From Selaginella moellendorffii (taxonomy: Eukaryota > Plantae > Lycopodiophyta): a stretch of 64,000 nt of DNA. The stretch lies in contig NW_003314261.1 in the NCBI RefSeq assembly GCF_000143415.4, forward strand, positions 1,626,117 through 1,690,116, read 5' to 3'. The translations under genes and the position numbers were made by a program. This document shows, in pieces, positions 36,895 through 49,724 of this stretch. Position 1 is the first letter of the stretch. The number at the start of each line of letters is the position of its first letter. The notes beneath the pieces were generated by a model. That model was given only the letters and a program-made list of their open reading frames with translations. It did no database searches and had not been told where the DNA came from.

Positions 36895-38175
36895 TGCACC
36901 TCCAATCGACCAATCCCAGCTTCCACCAATCAAAGATCATACTGACATCCTCTCGAGCGCCTGGAAATGCCCCGAGAAGACAATGTAGGTAACCTCTATC
37001 CACAATCTATCCAGTTCTATAAATCCCCCGAGCCTAGCAGTAGCGTCGAAGCTCAGGATCCATCCCTTTGCCTTGTATCGTCACCTAGAATCCACATTTA
37101 GCGCTTAAGCTACAGCATTCTTCCAGCCGAATCCGCCGCGACGTGCCGCAGCTCGATCTACCCGCAAGCATCGCCCGGCCAAGAATGTAGCTCGATCTTA
37201 CCACAAATCCACAGCTATCGTCGCGGCGCCGATCGAGCGCGCCAGAGGAAGAACCCTGATTTACCCTCTCGCCCTCGCGCGAATCGAAGAAATATTGCCT
37301 CTCTCCTCTCTTCCCTCCCTCTCGCTTTTTACCGCGCGGTGAAAAAGGGATAAAAAACCACGTTTTATGCACACGGTGAAAATTGCGGCGTCATATCGGA
37401 CCCGTTCATGCCCTCATCCGACGGACAATACCATGCCACGTCACAGCGCGGTACCGTACGAGCTCGAGAATTTAGGTCCAGGCTGGCAGTGATGGGCCCA
37501 TGGGTTTGTATTGCGTATGTATGATTCGTGCAGACTGACCACCACGATTATGGCCCATGTGGCCCAAACGCCAGAGCAAAATCTGGCAATTGCTGGTTGG
37601 CATAGGAGCTCCAACACCTCTATAAATTGTTATCTCTAGACGTATGTACATACCAACAAGCTACGTATTAAGCGCGATAGCGGCGTTTTGTTCGCAGACG
37701 TTTATAACCTTTTGTAGCGTTTCGCGGATCAAATAACTTTTTGGAGCTATTCCTTACTGTGATAACTTATCACAGCCTTCGTCTATATAATCAAGAGATC
37801 GCAAAGCTTTGTCTTCGTATCTATCTTATCAAAGCTTCATTGTCTCGGCCTGTTTTCTTCTTAAAGATCACACTGTGAAAAACAATGCCAATCGATTATT
37901 ATTTCCCTGGAAGGTCAGCTCGTAAATGCCCAAAAAACACAGCTCTAAGAAGTGAAAGCTAGTACCAGTATAGTCAAAAAAATTGGAGTATCTTACAGTT
38001 CTTTTCTTTTTCTTGAAAGCTTTCGCTGGAATCTCGTTGTCTCGTTCGTTCTCGTTGTTCTTCGTTGTCTCGTTCGTTCTTCTTTCTTTCCTTATGTACA
38101 GCGTCGCGTCCCCTCTTCTTTTTCCTCCCGAGTTCCTGGAAAACTTCTCTCGCGCCCCCGGGAAGAACCGATCGA

Positions 38176-41100
38176 TTAACCACCGTAGCTGGAAACCGTG
38201 TGCTGCCTCATCGGCTTGGACATGTGTGACATGATAAACCGCGAGTAGAGGCCGCCTCTTTCCATGAGAACGTTGTGAGCTCCTTCTTCCACAATCCGGC
38301 CGTCGTGAAGCACCGCCACTTTGTCCACCCGCTTGAGCATCGCAATCCTGTGAGCTATAACGATGGTGGTCTTGTTCCCCAGAATGAGCGTGTCCAACGC
38401 CTCCTGTACCACCCGGCTCGACTCACTCTCCACCGCGGAGCTTGCCTCGTCCAGCAGCAAGATGGGAGCGTTCTTGAGCACAACTCTCGCGATGGCGATT
38501 CGTTGCTTCTGTCCGGCGGTGAGCTCCACCCCTCGCATGCCGATGTGCGTGTCGTATCCGTGAGGCAGCCCGCTGATAAACTGGTGAGCGTTTGCTATTC
38601 GGGCAGCCTCCTTCATCTCGGCCTCGGTTGCGTTGCGCTTGGCGTAGATGATATTCTCTCGAATGGTGGTGGAGAATAGAACCGGCTCTTGCTGTACCAG
38701 GCCCATGTTGCTGCGAAGCCACCGCAGGTTGAAAGCCTTGAGGTCCTTTCCGTCCAGTGTCACCGAGCCGGCTACGGGGTCGTAAAACCGCTCGATCAGA
38801 GAGATGACTGTGCTCTTGCCGGATCCTGAGAGTCCCACGACTGCCACCGTCTGTCCACCCGTTGCCTTGAGATTGAAATCGTTGAGTATAACTGCGTCTG
38901 GCCTCGTCGGATATCTGAACTCGACGCCACGAAACTCTATGGTACCAAAGATGTTTGGAAGCTTCAGGCCGTCACCATCGTCGGACTCGATTGTTGGTTT
39001 CCTGTCAATTATCTGAAACACGGGCCTCAGTGATTCCCGTCTCTTGAGGATGTAAGGTGCCAGACAGAAAGGCTCCACCAGCGCAAACGTTGCGAACGAG
39101 AACACGGTGAATGCCTTCAAGACTTCGGTGAGCCTCCCGTCGTGCCTTTTCAATATCTCGGTCCCGTACCAGAGAACGAAAGCGTTGGATGCAAACAGAA
39201 GGAACTGAGAAATGCCGAAGGCGATCCCTGTGACCTGACCACGGATAAAACTTCGGGCCTGGAGTCTCGCGAGTTGGTTCTTGTACAGCTGAACGACTTT
39301 ATCTCCAGCAGAGAAGGATGCGATGGTGCATATATTCCTGACTGCGTCCTCAATGACTACGGAAGCTTTCGTATGCCATTCTCTAATGTTCCCAGAAAAT
39401 CCCATCACCCACATTTTCTGCAACAATCTGTAAATAAGAAACGTTCACAAACAGAAAGAGATGGCGTACCTGGAAAATAGCTGAGACTATAAGCAGAGGA
39501 ATGGTAGCAATTGCAACTGTTCCCAAACGCCACTGGAGCAAGGTCGTCAATAAAACAGTCACGACAACAGCAGCGGTGTCTTGGATGATAATTGAGAGCC
39601 GGTTGCTAAAGGCTGCCCGAACAAAAGTAGCATCATTCGCCAGCTGAATCGACAGGGCCTCGGTACTATTATCGTCTTGATCAAACCACCCGATCTCGTT
39701 GCGTAAAATTGCTGCCACAGATGCACAACAATAAGTTTAGTCAAATGCTCTAGGATGGTTGAGAGGTAAGTACCTGAGAACATTAGCCTTCGAACTCGTT
39801 CAGTCATTTTTTCTCCCATGATGCCGAAGTAAAAGTGTTGCAGGAAGTTGACGAAAACCGTCGCTAATCCCATACCAGTCACAAGCAAGCACCACTTGTT
39901 TATCTCACGTTTACTGCGGTGGTCCTGCGCGTGATAGTAGTACTGAGCAGTTTGAACGACGAAAAGGGCCATTAACGGATTGAAGGAGCCAAAAAACGCC
40001 GCACCGATGCTTCCGACAAAGGCATAACACCATTCAGGTCCACTCAGTTGTATGAGCCTCCAGTAGCTTGGCTTCTCATTGTTCCCAGGAGTCTCGGGGA
40101 TAATGCTCGTCGATTCCAGCTCTACCAGCTGCGAGATGGATCTGCTGAATGTCTTCGAGTGAGATCTCTCGTTCTTGGGGTCAGATGTCAGGAGCGGCGA
40201 CACGGGAGATTCCGGATCAGACTTGAAAGGTATTTGTTGGAAGTTGTGAATATCCAGCGGTGGCGGGTGTTGCGGATTTTTTTCTCCTTCCGCCGTTCCG
40301 CTGCCAAACGTTACGGATTCTTTGTCTTCAGATGATGGACTTGGAATTTGAGGCGGTGAGCTGTGAACGCTACTAAACTCCGCGTAGCGTTGTCCATTCT
40401 GCGCTGCGACGGAAGAAGAGCGTATCAATCGAGGAGAGGAGGTATGAGCTGTTTCTCTGAAGCTTTTCTTGTTCCTGGAAATGAAACGCTAGCTTAGAAG
40501 ATGATGGCATAAAGATTCTTACCAAGGAACAACTCTTGCCGTCTCCTCAAGGCGAATTAGTTCTGCGTACGTTCCATCGGCAGCCATCAATTCATCGTGA
40601 GTACCAAGCTCAACAAGCTGGCCTTCTTCAATAACAGCGATTACATCCACATTCCGGATATTAGCCAGGCGGTGAGCGATTACGAGTGTCGTCCGACCAA
40701 GTATCAGTATGTCAAGGGCCTCTTGCACGTTCCGTTCGGCCTGTGGATCAAGATTACTGGTAGCTTCGTCAAGTAGTAGGATGGGTGGATTCTTTAAGAC
40801 GGCTCTAGCGATGGCTAGCTTTAGCTTCATTTCTTCTGACAAAGTTATCCCTCCATCGCCAAGCTGCAGATATTATTTAGTTCCAGAAAGTCAGGCACAA
40901 CTAAAAATCTCACCAGTGTATTGTATCCGAAAGGTAGCGAGCTGATAAATGCATGAGCATGAGCAGTCTTCGCAGCCTCCTCGACGTCATCCATGCTTGC
41001 GTTTGATCGGCCATAAAGAATGTTGTCTTTGATGCTAGACGCAAGCAGCGCAGGCTCGGGACTCACTAACCCAATCTGACTTCTCAGCCACGTCATTTGA

Positions 41101-42853
41101 AGGTTTCGTACGTTTTCACCGTCCAAAAGCACCTCGCCTGCACAATCACGATCAGAACCATGGAGAATATGTGATAGCCTCACCTAAAGTTGGATCATAA
41201 AAGCGAAGAATTAGTGATAGAATGCTACTTTTCCCAGCACCATTGCTTCCAACCAAAGCCATGGTTTTCTTTGGAGCTACTTGGAGATACAAGCCACTCA
41301 ATATGGGTACATCGGGGCGCGAAGGATAGCTGAAATAGACATGCTTGAGCTCCAAACTTCCTTGAACGTTAGCAAGAATATTTCCCTGTTGAGTGTTAGC
41401 GATTGTCCTTTCAATCACGTCATAGAGTCTATAAGCTGCAATCTTGCTCTGTTCAAAAGCCGGGAAATTTGTTGCTGCCTGGTTCAACCCTCTGCATCGG
41501 CACGTAAGTAGGATACTAGAAGCAAGAGAGAATCTTTTAGCTTACAGTCCGCTTAAAATGATTGCGAAGGCTGCCACGATAACTTCACCACCGTTGGCAT
41601 CTCCTTTTCCAACAAGTATTCGACCAAACCACAATTGAAGAGCGCAAGAACAGATAGCTAGACCGTAGATAAAGCCAAGACCAACGCCTTGGACAAGACT
41701 GATTTGAACGCCATATCCAAGTGTAGTCTGAAGAGCGCTTGCATACAAGTGCTTCACCAAAGTTTCATTCGCAAAAGCATATATAGTTCGGACATATGCA
41801 ATAGCCTGAGCACAAAAAAGAAAAACACTTTTATGTTTAACAGAGAACGTGATTGATGACACACCTGTTCAGCGATACTCGCAGCTTCAGAGTAGGCATC
41901 TTGAACGCTTTCAGCAAGCTTATGCAAGAAAATGTTGGAGATGGCTCCAGCAACAACTATTAAAGGTCCAGTCGCTAGCGTCAAGAGAGCTATCTGCCAG
42001 CAGTTCAAAAATCCTACTACAAGACCCCCGACGAATGTAGCCATGTTATGCACATAATGGCTGACCTGTTAGAAAAAGTATAAGCCTAGCTGTTAGAGAT
42101 GGAGACTCATAATGCATACCTTTTCCCCAATAGTATACTGGATAAACAGAACATCGTTCGAAACTTGGCTCACAATATCTCCATTGCTTGCATAACTCTC
42201 AAAAAACCCCATGTCTTGATTGAGCAAAACTTGCAGATATTTTGACCGCATTACAGAAGATTGCCTCTCCGCAGTCAAGAGCCAGCAAGAGACCTCTGCG
42301 GGAAAAACATGACAAAAGCGATCACCATCATTTCAAAGAACAACGCACGACACTTACGTATCCATCCAGCCAGCAAAACAGCTCCCGCAATGTAAAGAAT
42401 ATCCAGGACATACTATAAGAAAGAAAGAATTGCGTGAGCATAGAAAGAAAGGAAAAGAAAAAGGCAAAGTCGCAAAGAACTGGTACTAACCTGCGTGAGA
42501 TCATCGTATACTCGCGCTTGACTCGTTCTGTGCCGGTAGCAATTGAGGATTTTCCCAAAGAAGTGGAGGTAAACCGGCAGCGCAGCACCGTGAACAGCCG
42601 ATGCGAGTGTCCCAAGGATCATAAGCACCCAGTCCCAAGTTCCAGCATACACGAAAAGCTTGAAAAACGAGACTGCCACTGGGGAGAAATCTATATCCTC
42701 TTCATCCTCTAGAACATCGTCATCCACGGGTATAGCATCACCCCCAGCATCCAAGTAAGGCGAAGGCGACTCTGGCGGCTCCGAGACCTCGGACACTGGC
42801 GTCAGTGGCTGGATGTGAGGTGGAGACCATCCAAACAGCCCCTTGTTCAACAT
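38176..42853 (-). CDS. Full-size ABC transporter B family, ABCB6/ABCB20-like
   Basis: Diagnostic N-terminus GLFGWSPPHIQPLTPVSEVSEPPESPSPYLD; linker SDPESPVSPLLTSDPKNERSHSKTFSR; two NBDs (GSNGAGKS, GLSGSGKS, LLLDEA). Confidence 0.96.
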
Positions 42854-43753
42854 TTCTTCCCCCTCCTTCCACTACTCCAGGCACCTCATGCTATCTCCTG
42901 CTGGATCTTCCCGCTTACTCCTCGAGCAGCATCACAAATTTCCCCGCATTTTCACCTCACGTTATCCAGTCCGAGGAGCTGTCCATCCTAGCAATCCCTC
43001 CAGCGCCTCATTCTGGACTTCCAGCGTCGCGCGAGCCGAAATTTCCCACCCGGAAGCTCCCGGCTGCCGCAAAACCCTACCTCAATTCCAAGAACACTGC
43101 ATTGCCCGCGGGAGAGCTCCCGGCGCCCGCAAAGAGAGCTCCCGTAGCTCGATCGACCCGTGCGCCTCGCCCTGCCTTTTGCCCAGCCCTAGAAAATGTA
43201 GAACAGCTTTAGCGAAGAAAATGCGAGGACATTACTTTACGAGAATGAATGAAAGGAATGAATTGTGTGGTGGACCGCAAGCGTATCGGCCGTCGATCCG
43301 AGGCAAGATGGAAGCCCCATATTCTGCCACGTGTGCGCGCTTGACTGGCTGGCCAGCCGCGTCAATGTTCCAACACTTCTTTTTTGACTGACGGCACGCA
43401 CTCACACATTAGAAAAATGGTTACAAGCCTTTCTTTTCTCCTTCGTCTCTTTGTTCTAGACGCTGGCCCTGCGACCAAAAGGAAGAATCCTTTAAAAAGA
43501 ATCCACCCAAGAGAAGGACGCATCGATCAGTCTTTAATACCTCCTTCGAAGGACCCAAAACAAAACTATGGAGAAAAACTTACGTCATTTAGCTCAAAGA
43601 GATCATCACCACCATCATCAGCGCTTCACTGTTCCCCTCATCTCTCTTGAATTAGTCAAACACAAGCGGGCCATCTTCGCACTCGACTTGATCTGTGGAA
43701 AGCAGCGTTAGAACTTTTCAACTTCCTCCTCGATACAAACTGAAAGAACTTAC

Positions 43754-44847
43754 TTAGCTCAAAGAGATCATCTCCTCTTCGCTCTCTCCCTCGGCATCTG
43801 ACCTGGCTGTGCTGCTGCTACTGCTTTCCGAGACAAAAGGCAGCTCCACTAGAGGAGCGTTCGCATAAAACTCTTCCAAGTTGTAGAATTCTCGCTGCGA
43901 TGGTAGAAAGATGTGCACAACGACATCACCTGCGAAGGGCAGAGACTTTTCGATCAGTACCAGCAGTGTAAATATCTGGCAGTAACACACACACACACAG
44001 AGAGAAGAATATTAAAAGACGCTCACCGAAATCCATGAGTGTCCAGCCCGAGGGCTTTCCGCTTGGTCTTGGAATTTTCCCGTACTGTTCTTGGGCGATG
44101 TCTTCTATTCTTCCACTGCAGATTTTAGAAACCGTACCTGGTAAGATCATAGAAAGAAACGATGGCAGGCTTACACTATAGCATTGACTTGAGGCATAGA
44201 AAACGCTGAAGCGATTAAAAAGTAGCGAGCCCAGTATATCAGAGGTTTGACGTGAAAGAGCTTGATATCCACCGCTTTAACTTCGTTGGCAGCTGTAGCT
44301 AGAGCAGTAGCCACTGCACTACGCAAAACACAAGATATCAGGCCAAACCATAGAAACGAGGAAAAGAAAGAATGGAACTTACTGGAGAGAGCCTCGGCAT
44401 CCGCATTAGCATCTTCAGCAGATGATTTTCGAGGCTCTGGATCCGATCGCACAACATTCCCATACTCTTTCATCAACGCATCGATTTCCTCGTTGCTAAG
44501 AACATCCACGTCAACATTGTCCTGCAAGAATGAAACTCAAGTTCTTTTCGAGCTCGAAAGAGAAAATTTACCTCCTCATCCTCCTCCTCAGTCTCCTCTT
44601 CTTCGTCGCTTAGCAAGGCGTCTTCCTGTTCTTCGTCCTCCGCTTGCGAATCCGACGCCATTGCCCGCCAAGCCCCGGATCTGGGATTCCCGGCTCTTTG
44701 GCACCATCCGCGCTGCGCAATCGACACCGCGATCGAGCAGCGCCTGCGATATTGCCTCCCGATCGAGCAGCGCTTACCGGAGGAATGCTGGCGTTGCCAC
44801 AGGGCCAGAGCCCCCGCTCCCGCGCATTGGAGAGAGGCCATGTCCAT
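43754..44847 (-). CDS. Iojap/RsfS ribosome silencing factor, plastid-type
   Basis: Transit-peptide-like start; AANEVKAVDIKLFHVKPLIYWARYFLIASAFS.PQVNAI; WTLMDFG|DVVVHIFLPSQREFYNLEEFY. Confidence 0.93.
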
Positions 44848-44921
44848 AAACCCTATCTCTCTGGTTTAGGGTTTATGGAATCAAAAAGGTAATAATAGAG
44901 GGTTTAGCAATTTTAGGGTTT
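44848..44921. promoter_or_regulatory. Very short bidirectional promoter with several telo-boxes
   Basis: 74 bp between divergent ATGs, containing aaaccctat, tttagggttt, gggtttag and ttttagggttt. Confidence 0.6.
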
Positions 44922-47100
44922 ATGGGGCAAATGGGAGAGGAAGTGAGGCTCTTTGTGGGCGGCCTGGGCGCGTCCGTGGCTGCGCAGGATCTGGAGCGCG
45001 CGTTTGGATCACTGGGCGCCGTGCGCGCCGTGGAGATGATCCGCAGCGGCGATCGCGATTTCGCCTACATCGATTTCGTGGCTTCGTCGCCCGCGGCGCT
45101 CCGTAAGGTCTTCAGCACTGTAAGTATTTTCATCGCATTGATTGATGCGATGCCGATCGATGAAAAACGAAATTTTTGTAGCGCAGTACAAAGGCTGTAA
45201 GTGGAAGGGAGGATGCCTTCGCGTGGAATTGGCCAAAGAGCACTATCTTCAGCGATTGGAACGAGAATGGGCCGCCGGAAGGGAGGACCAAAAGAAGGAT
45301 GGCGAGCAGAAACAGCGGCCGAAAATGCCGATTGTTCCAGCGACGCGGGCGCTTAAAATTTTTTTCCCGCGATCACGAAAGGTGACGAGCTTCTGGTTTT
45401 TCTTTCGTTCTAGTTTGAGCAGTGATCTTCCAGGTGAAAGTTGTGAGTGGAGGTAAGCACAAACGGAGTTTTGAGCGCTGCGCCAGCCATCCTCTCGCTT
45501 TGCTCGGACTGTGTAGCTGCGGAGAACACCAAGATCAAGAGGCCACCGATCCTTTCGAGTTTGAGCGCAGTGGCTACTTGAGGCTTGTGGAAAAATTGGA
45601 ATCCAAGCGTTTGGATGAGAACGGATCGAGCCGAGAGGTGGAGGCGGCTGGAAGCAACTTGGGGTCAAGCTCCATAGCCGAGACGAGCAATAGCGAGAGA
45701 AAGAAGGAAGAGAAACAAAAGGAGGATCCGAGCAGCAAACTTCCCCGTGAGACTAAGAAAGGCAAGCAAATCGAGGTAAAAAGAATGGAAGGCGACGTGA
45801 ATGCATTCGTTCCAGATGAAGATGACTTACTCAGAGAGAAGAACAAGAAAGAGGACAAGACGAGTGGCGTGAAAGCATCAAACTCCAAAGAGGAAAAGAA
45901 CATTACAAGTGACAAGGAGGACAATGACAAAGTTCTTATGGAAAATGAAAGCGAGGAGGAAGAACTCGACGAAGAGGATGGCGTTGTTCTCCCGGGGCTG
46001 ATAAAAAAGAGAAAGGTATGATGTTTTCTTCTGTCAGTCTCATCGCTTTGGTCTTTCTCGCAGGCCAAGGTTGAAACCAACAATACAAAGTGGGATACTT
46101 TGTTTGAAGCCGCGGCTGGACTGAGAGAGAACGAAGAGCTCTCTGAGGACTCCTTTGAAGAACAGGACGTGGAAGAGGAATTGGAACATATCCAGCTTGA
46201 TCAGAATAGTTCGGGAAAGGTTGATGGAAGCTCTCGCGAAACAAAGAAAATTAACCGCGTGAGGTGGTCGTCTCGAGACACAAAGAGCGCTACATGTAGC
46301 AAGAAAGTTCTTACGAGAGAAGAATGCGACGAGGAAGGACTTGACGAAGAGGGTGGCATGCTGAAAGAAAGAAGAAAGGTACGTTTGCGTTTATCTCTTT
46401 GACGACTATCGAGTGAGTTCCTTTTTGTTTGCAGACCGAAGCCAACGCTACGAAAGGGGATAATTTATTTGGAACCGGAGTTAGCGAAGCTCTCGAAGAC
46501 GAGCAAGTTACAATTCCAGATGCAAAGAAGCACAAATCTGGAGACCGAGCTGCTCGTCACTCGAACAAAAAGAGCCGGTCGGACAAAGCTGATGGAAGCT
46601 CTAAAGAAGCTCTCGAAGGAAGCGAAAATGGACCTGAGAGAAAGGATGACCAAGTTGATAGAAAGCAGCAGCAGGAAAAACAAAAAGATCAGAGCTGGGT
46701 CCGGTTTAGCTCGTGGAAATCTCTGGTTGGAGATGGCAGCGGTGCGACATTCTCTTTGTCAACGATAGCAGGAGCCGAACCACAGGAATCCAATAGTTCG
46801 GCAAGTTTAGTGCCAAACATCAAGAAGAAAGGTGATAATTCTGACGACCAACGAGCCAAAGTCACTACAGGAACATCACTGCCGGTCAGTACCTCAAAGA
46901 GCACTAGCAACGACGTTACCGAGAGCTCACAGCACCAGCAGCCTCGGCCATCCGTGAAAGCTCTCCTGGAGAAAAAGACTTGCTCGTTCATGAGGTCCCC
47001 TGCCGCCGAAGAAGAATGGCTGGCGTCCAAAGACAAGCTGAGCTTGGACTACAAGGCCAAGCACAGGAATGCAGTGAGAATCAAACGCAAGAGCTTTTAG
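44922..47100 (+). CDS. ROS3: RRM protein, REPRESSOR OF SILENCING 3 / NOL8-like
   Basis: VRLFVGGLG.SV...DL...F..LG.V.AVEMIR...RDFAYIDF...L.KVFST|YKGC.WKGG.LR.E.AKEHYL.RL.REW; C-terminal SW...SW..LV and CSFMRS..EW blocks as in Arabidopsis ROS3; charged low-complexity middle. Confidence 0.85.
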
Positions 47101-47289
47101 AACTACAAGAGCAAAGCAAAGAAAAGAATAACAGCCTTGTTACCCCCCAAGAAGTTTTCCGACAAAAAAAAATTTCCTCCTGAAAAATTATATGAGCCTA
47201 CCTCCTACTTGAGACCTGTATATTACAGCCACCCCAGCTAATAGAGAAAATATGCTGTTGTTGTCATCGTCGCTCGCCAATCACACCCA

Positions 47290-48780
47290 TCAATGGACGC
47301 ATTGGTTCTTCCGGAAGTTCTCGGGGGCCAATAACTTCAAAACCAGGCTCTCGAGTCTCTTTGCTCCTGCACTAGGCCGCAGAACGTCAGCATCACCCAT
47401 AACCGAGCAAGGATCATTCCCATTTTCCGACGAGCCCAGGCACCATCCACCAGGAGTGAATCGGTCCTTCTCCCGCCCCAGCAGCCGGCTGTCGATCATG
47501 TCCAGCACCGGATCGTCCTTGTCAAACTTCCTCCCAAACGGGCTGCCGCTCGCGTTCATGTTGTCAAAGTCCTTGACGGTTAACGAGAGTGGATGCTGCT
47601 TTGGAGGATTGTCCCAGGTGATGTAGTGGAGGTCGTGGTTCACCGTCGTGATCCCCGTGTGGAAATACCCCTCTGGAGAGGACAGGAAATTCGTATAGTA
47701 CATCAACACTGTCCTTGGAAGGTTGTCCCAGCCCCAGATGCAAAACTCAGTGAAATTCCTGGTTAAAGCAACCCACGCCGAACCTGTGAATTGATCAACA
47801 AACTCATGAATTGACCAAAGATGCCGGATACCATGAGAGAAACTTGCACAAACGCCATACCTGTGAAAAGTTTAAACGCCGAGGGAACTGATCTTCTCTG
47901 CGTCACCCAGAATATATCAGTCTTTTTGTTCATGTATAGACCCGGATCGATGATTATTGGTTTAGCTCTCTGGAACCTGTGCCAGTCGTCATTCATTCAT
48001 ATCTTAGTGAGCAACCGAAACTAAAAAAAAATAGCAACAGTGCACATGTCCTTACTCTTTCCAGCCGATGTCACTCGTATGTTCCAAGAAATTCAAATCC
48101 CTCGGGAGATACGAAAACACATTGAGAAGATCTGCAAGACCAAACAAAAGAGCAATCAAAACTTTTCTAGGAGAACGCGGAACGAGAAGAAAAAAGGAGA
48201 ATTACGTACCATCTTGGGAAACGAGGGGATAGTCGGAAGCACTGAGATTGATAAACCAGTCCCACTCCTTGCTCTGCCGAAGAAGAATCGCGGCGGCGTG
48301 GAGCGTGCATGCGATCATAGTCGAGCCTCTATAAGTCACCAAGTTAGCCTTCCCTATAACATGTACATTCCCGGCCAGCGTAAACGTTGGATCCATCTTC
48401 ACGTATCTGGCCAGCTCCACTCTCTCCCTGGGAGGAGCCTCCAAATCCAGATGGAGCAAGTACTGGTTCCTGGGGTGATAGATCGCTTGCAACACCCTCT
48501 TCATCCGATCCCCATCCCCACGAGTTCCCGAGATCAAGTAGGCGAGCCGGGGGGCCGTGGGAAGATCCGAGGCTGGAACCTGTGACAATTTGGATTCGAC
48601 GTACATGTCGGCCGGATCCTCGCCCTTGAGGAACAAATGGAACACGGACGATCTGGCGCCATAGGAGCTCGCGCCGACGCTGAAAGTGGCCGCCAGGAAG
48701 AGCGTGATGGAGACGAGGGAGCTGGCGAGCAATGGGACAAGCCACTTTCTTTCCATGACATTGAACGCTGGCTTCTTCAT
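47290..48780 (-). CDS. GT14 / Core-2-I-branching beta-glucuronosyltransferase (GlcAT14-like), 4 exons
   Basis: PRLAYLISG, AIYHPRNQYLLHLDLEA, WDWFINLSASDYPL..QD, IIIDPGLY, YYTNFLSSPEGYFHT, WDNPPKQHP, FTPGGWC. Confidence 0.95.
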
Positions 48781-49419
48781 CCCATCAATGTCCTAGAATT
48801 CCCGTGCCAGTGACGATGATCCCATAATATTTGCGATTGATTCTTCCCTGTGGCAGTAGCCGGCAGCTGGATTTCTAGAGCCGCGATTGGATGCCGCCGG
48901 AGCTTCTCATCGATCCGAAAAAAGAGGCAGGGATTCAGTGGAAAAAGACCTCGAATCGCGAATGCATGCAGTTCACATGGGCGAATCCAGCGCTAAGACG
49001 GATCAGCGCGCGACGCCATCGCCACGCCGCATCGATCGATCCCTGGGGGCACAGCGGCAAAAAAAATGTGCGGTGAATCCCCGGAACCCTAGACGAGAAA
49101 AAAAAAGAGCGTGAACCAAAATAAAATAGGAACTGGATCGAACGGGGCAGGCTGCGCCACGCCACTAGGACGATATCTACAGATTGTCGTTCGATGCCGG
49201 CATCGACGGCAGAGACGCTCCCACGCACACGGTAAAATGCACACACGTGGCTGGAATCTAAGTGTGTCGGGACGTGACTGCAATAATTAGAGTCTTTGGT
49301 TTTAAAATTAGCTAAGCTAAAATTTTTGGTAAAACCCTCTTAAACTTTGGTGTCGTTGTTGTTCTTTGATTTTCACTCATTACATCCAGGTAAATAAAGT
49401 CTTATGCTTCATAGTTGGG

Positions 49420-49491
49420 CACAAGTGTGCTGTACCCACACTATATATATATATATATATATGTATGTATATATGTATATATATGTATGTA

Positions 49492-49558
<67 letters not shown>

Positions 49559-49655
49559 ATATGTATATATATATGTATGTATGTATATATGTATATATAT
49601 ATATGTATATATGTATATATATGTATATGTATGTATGTATATGTGTATATGTATG

Positions 49656-49709
<54 letters not shown>

Positions 49710-49724
49710 AGTGTGCTGTACCCA
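49420..49724. repeat. (TA)n/(TATG)n microsatellite bracketed by a 19-bp direct repeat
   Basis: cacaagtgtgctgtaccca at 49420-49438 and 49706-49724 flanks ~265 bp of TA/TATG. Confidence 0.95.

Noticed and set aside
40760-40860. Degenerate ABC signature (LSEEMK instead of LSGGQ) as a novelty
   Set aside because: Non-canonical signatures are a known trait of the ABCB6/20 clade.
4160-47100. NAP1, ZOP1 and ROS3 as an epigenetic gene cluster
   Set aside because: About 20 kb apart with unrelated genes between; compatible with chance in a compact genome.
14712-48780. KASI + FAD oxidases + ABCB + glycosyltransferase as a biosynthetic gene cluster
   Set aside because: KASI, ABCB6/20 and GlcAT14 are conserved general-function genes interspersed with unrelated loci; no scaffold-forming enzyme (TPS, PKS) or P450 is present.
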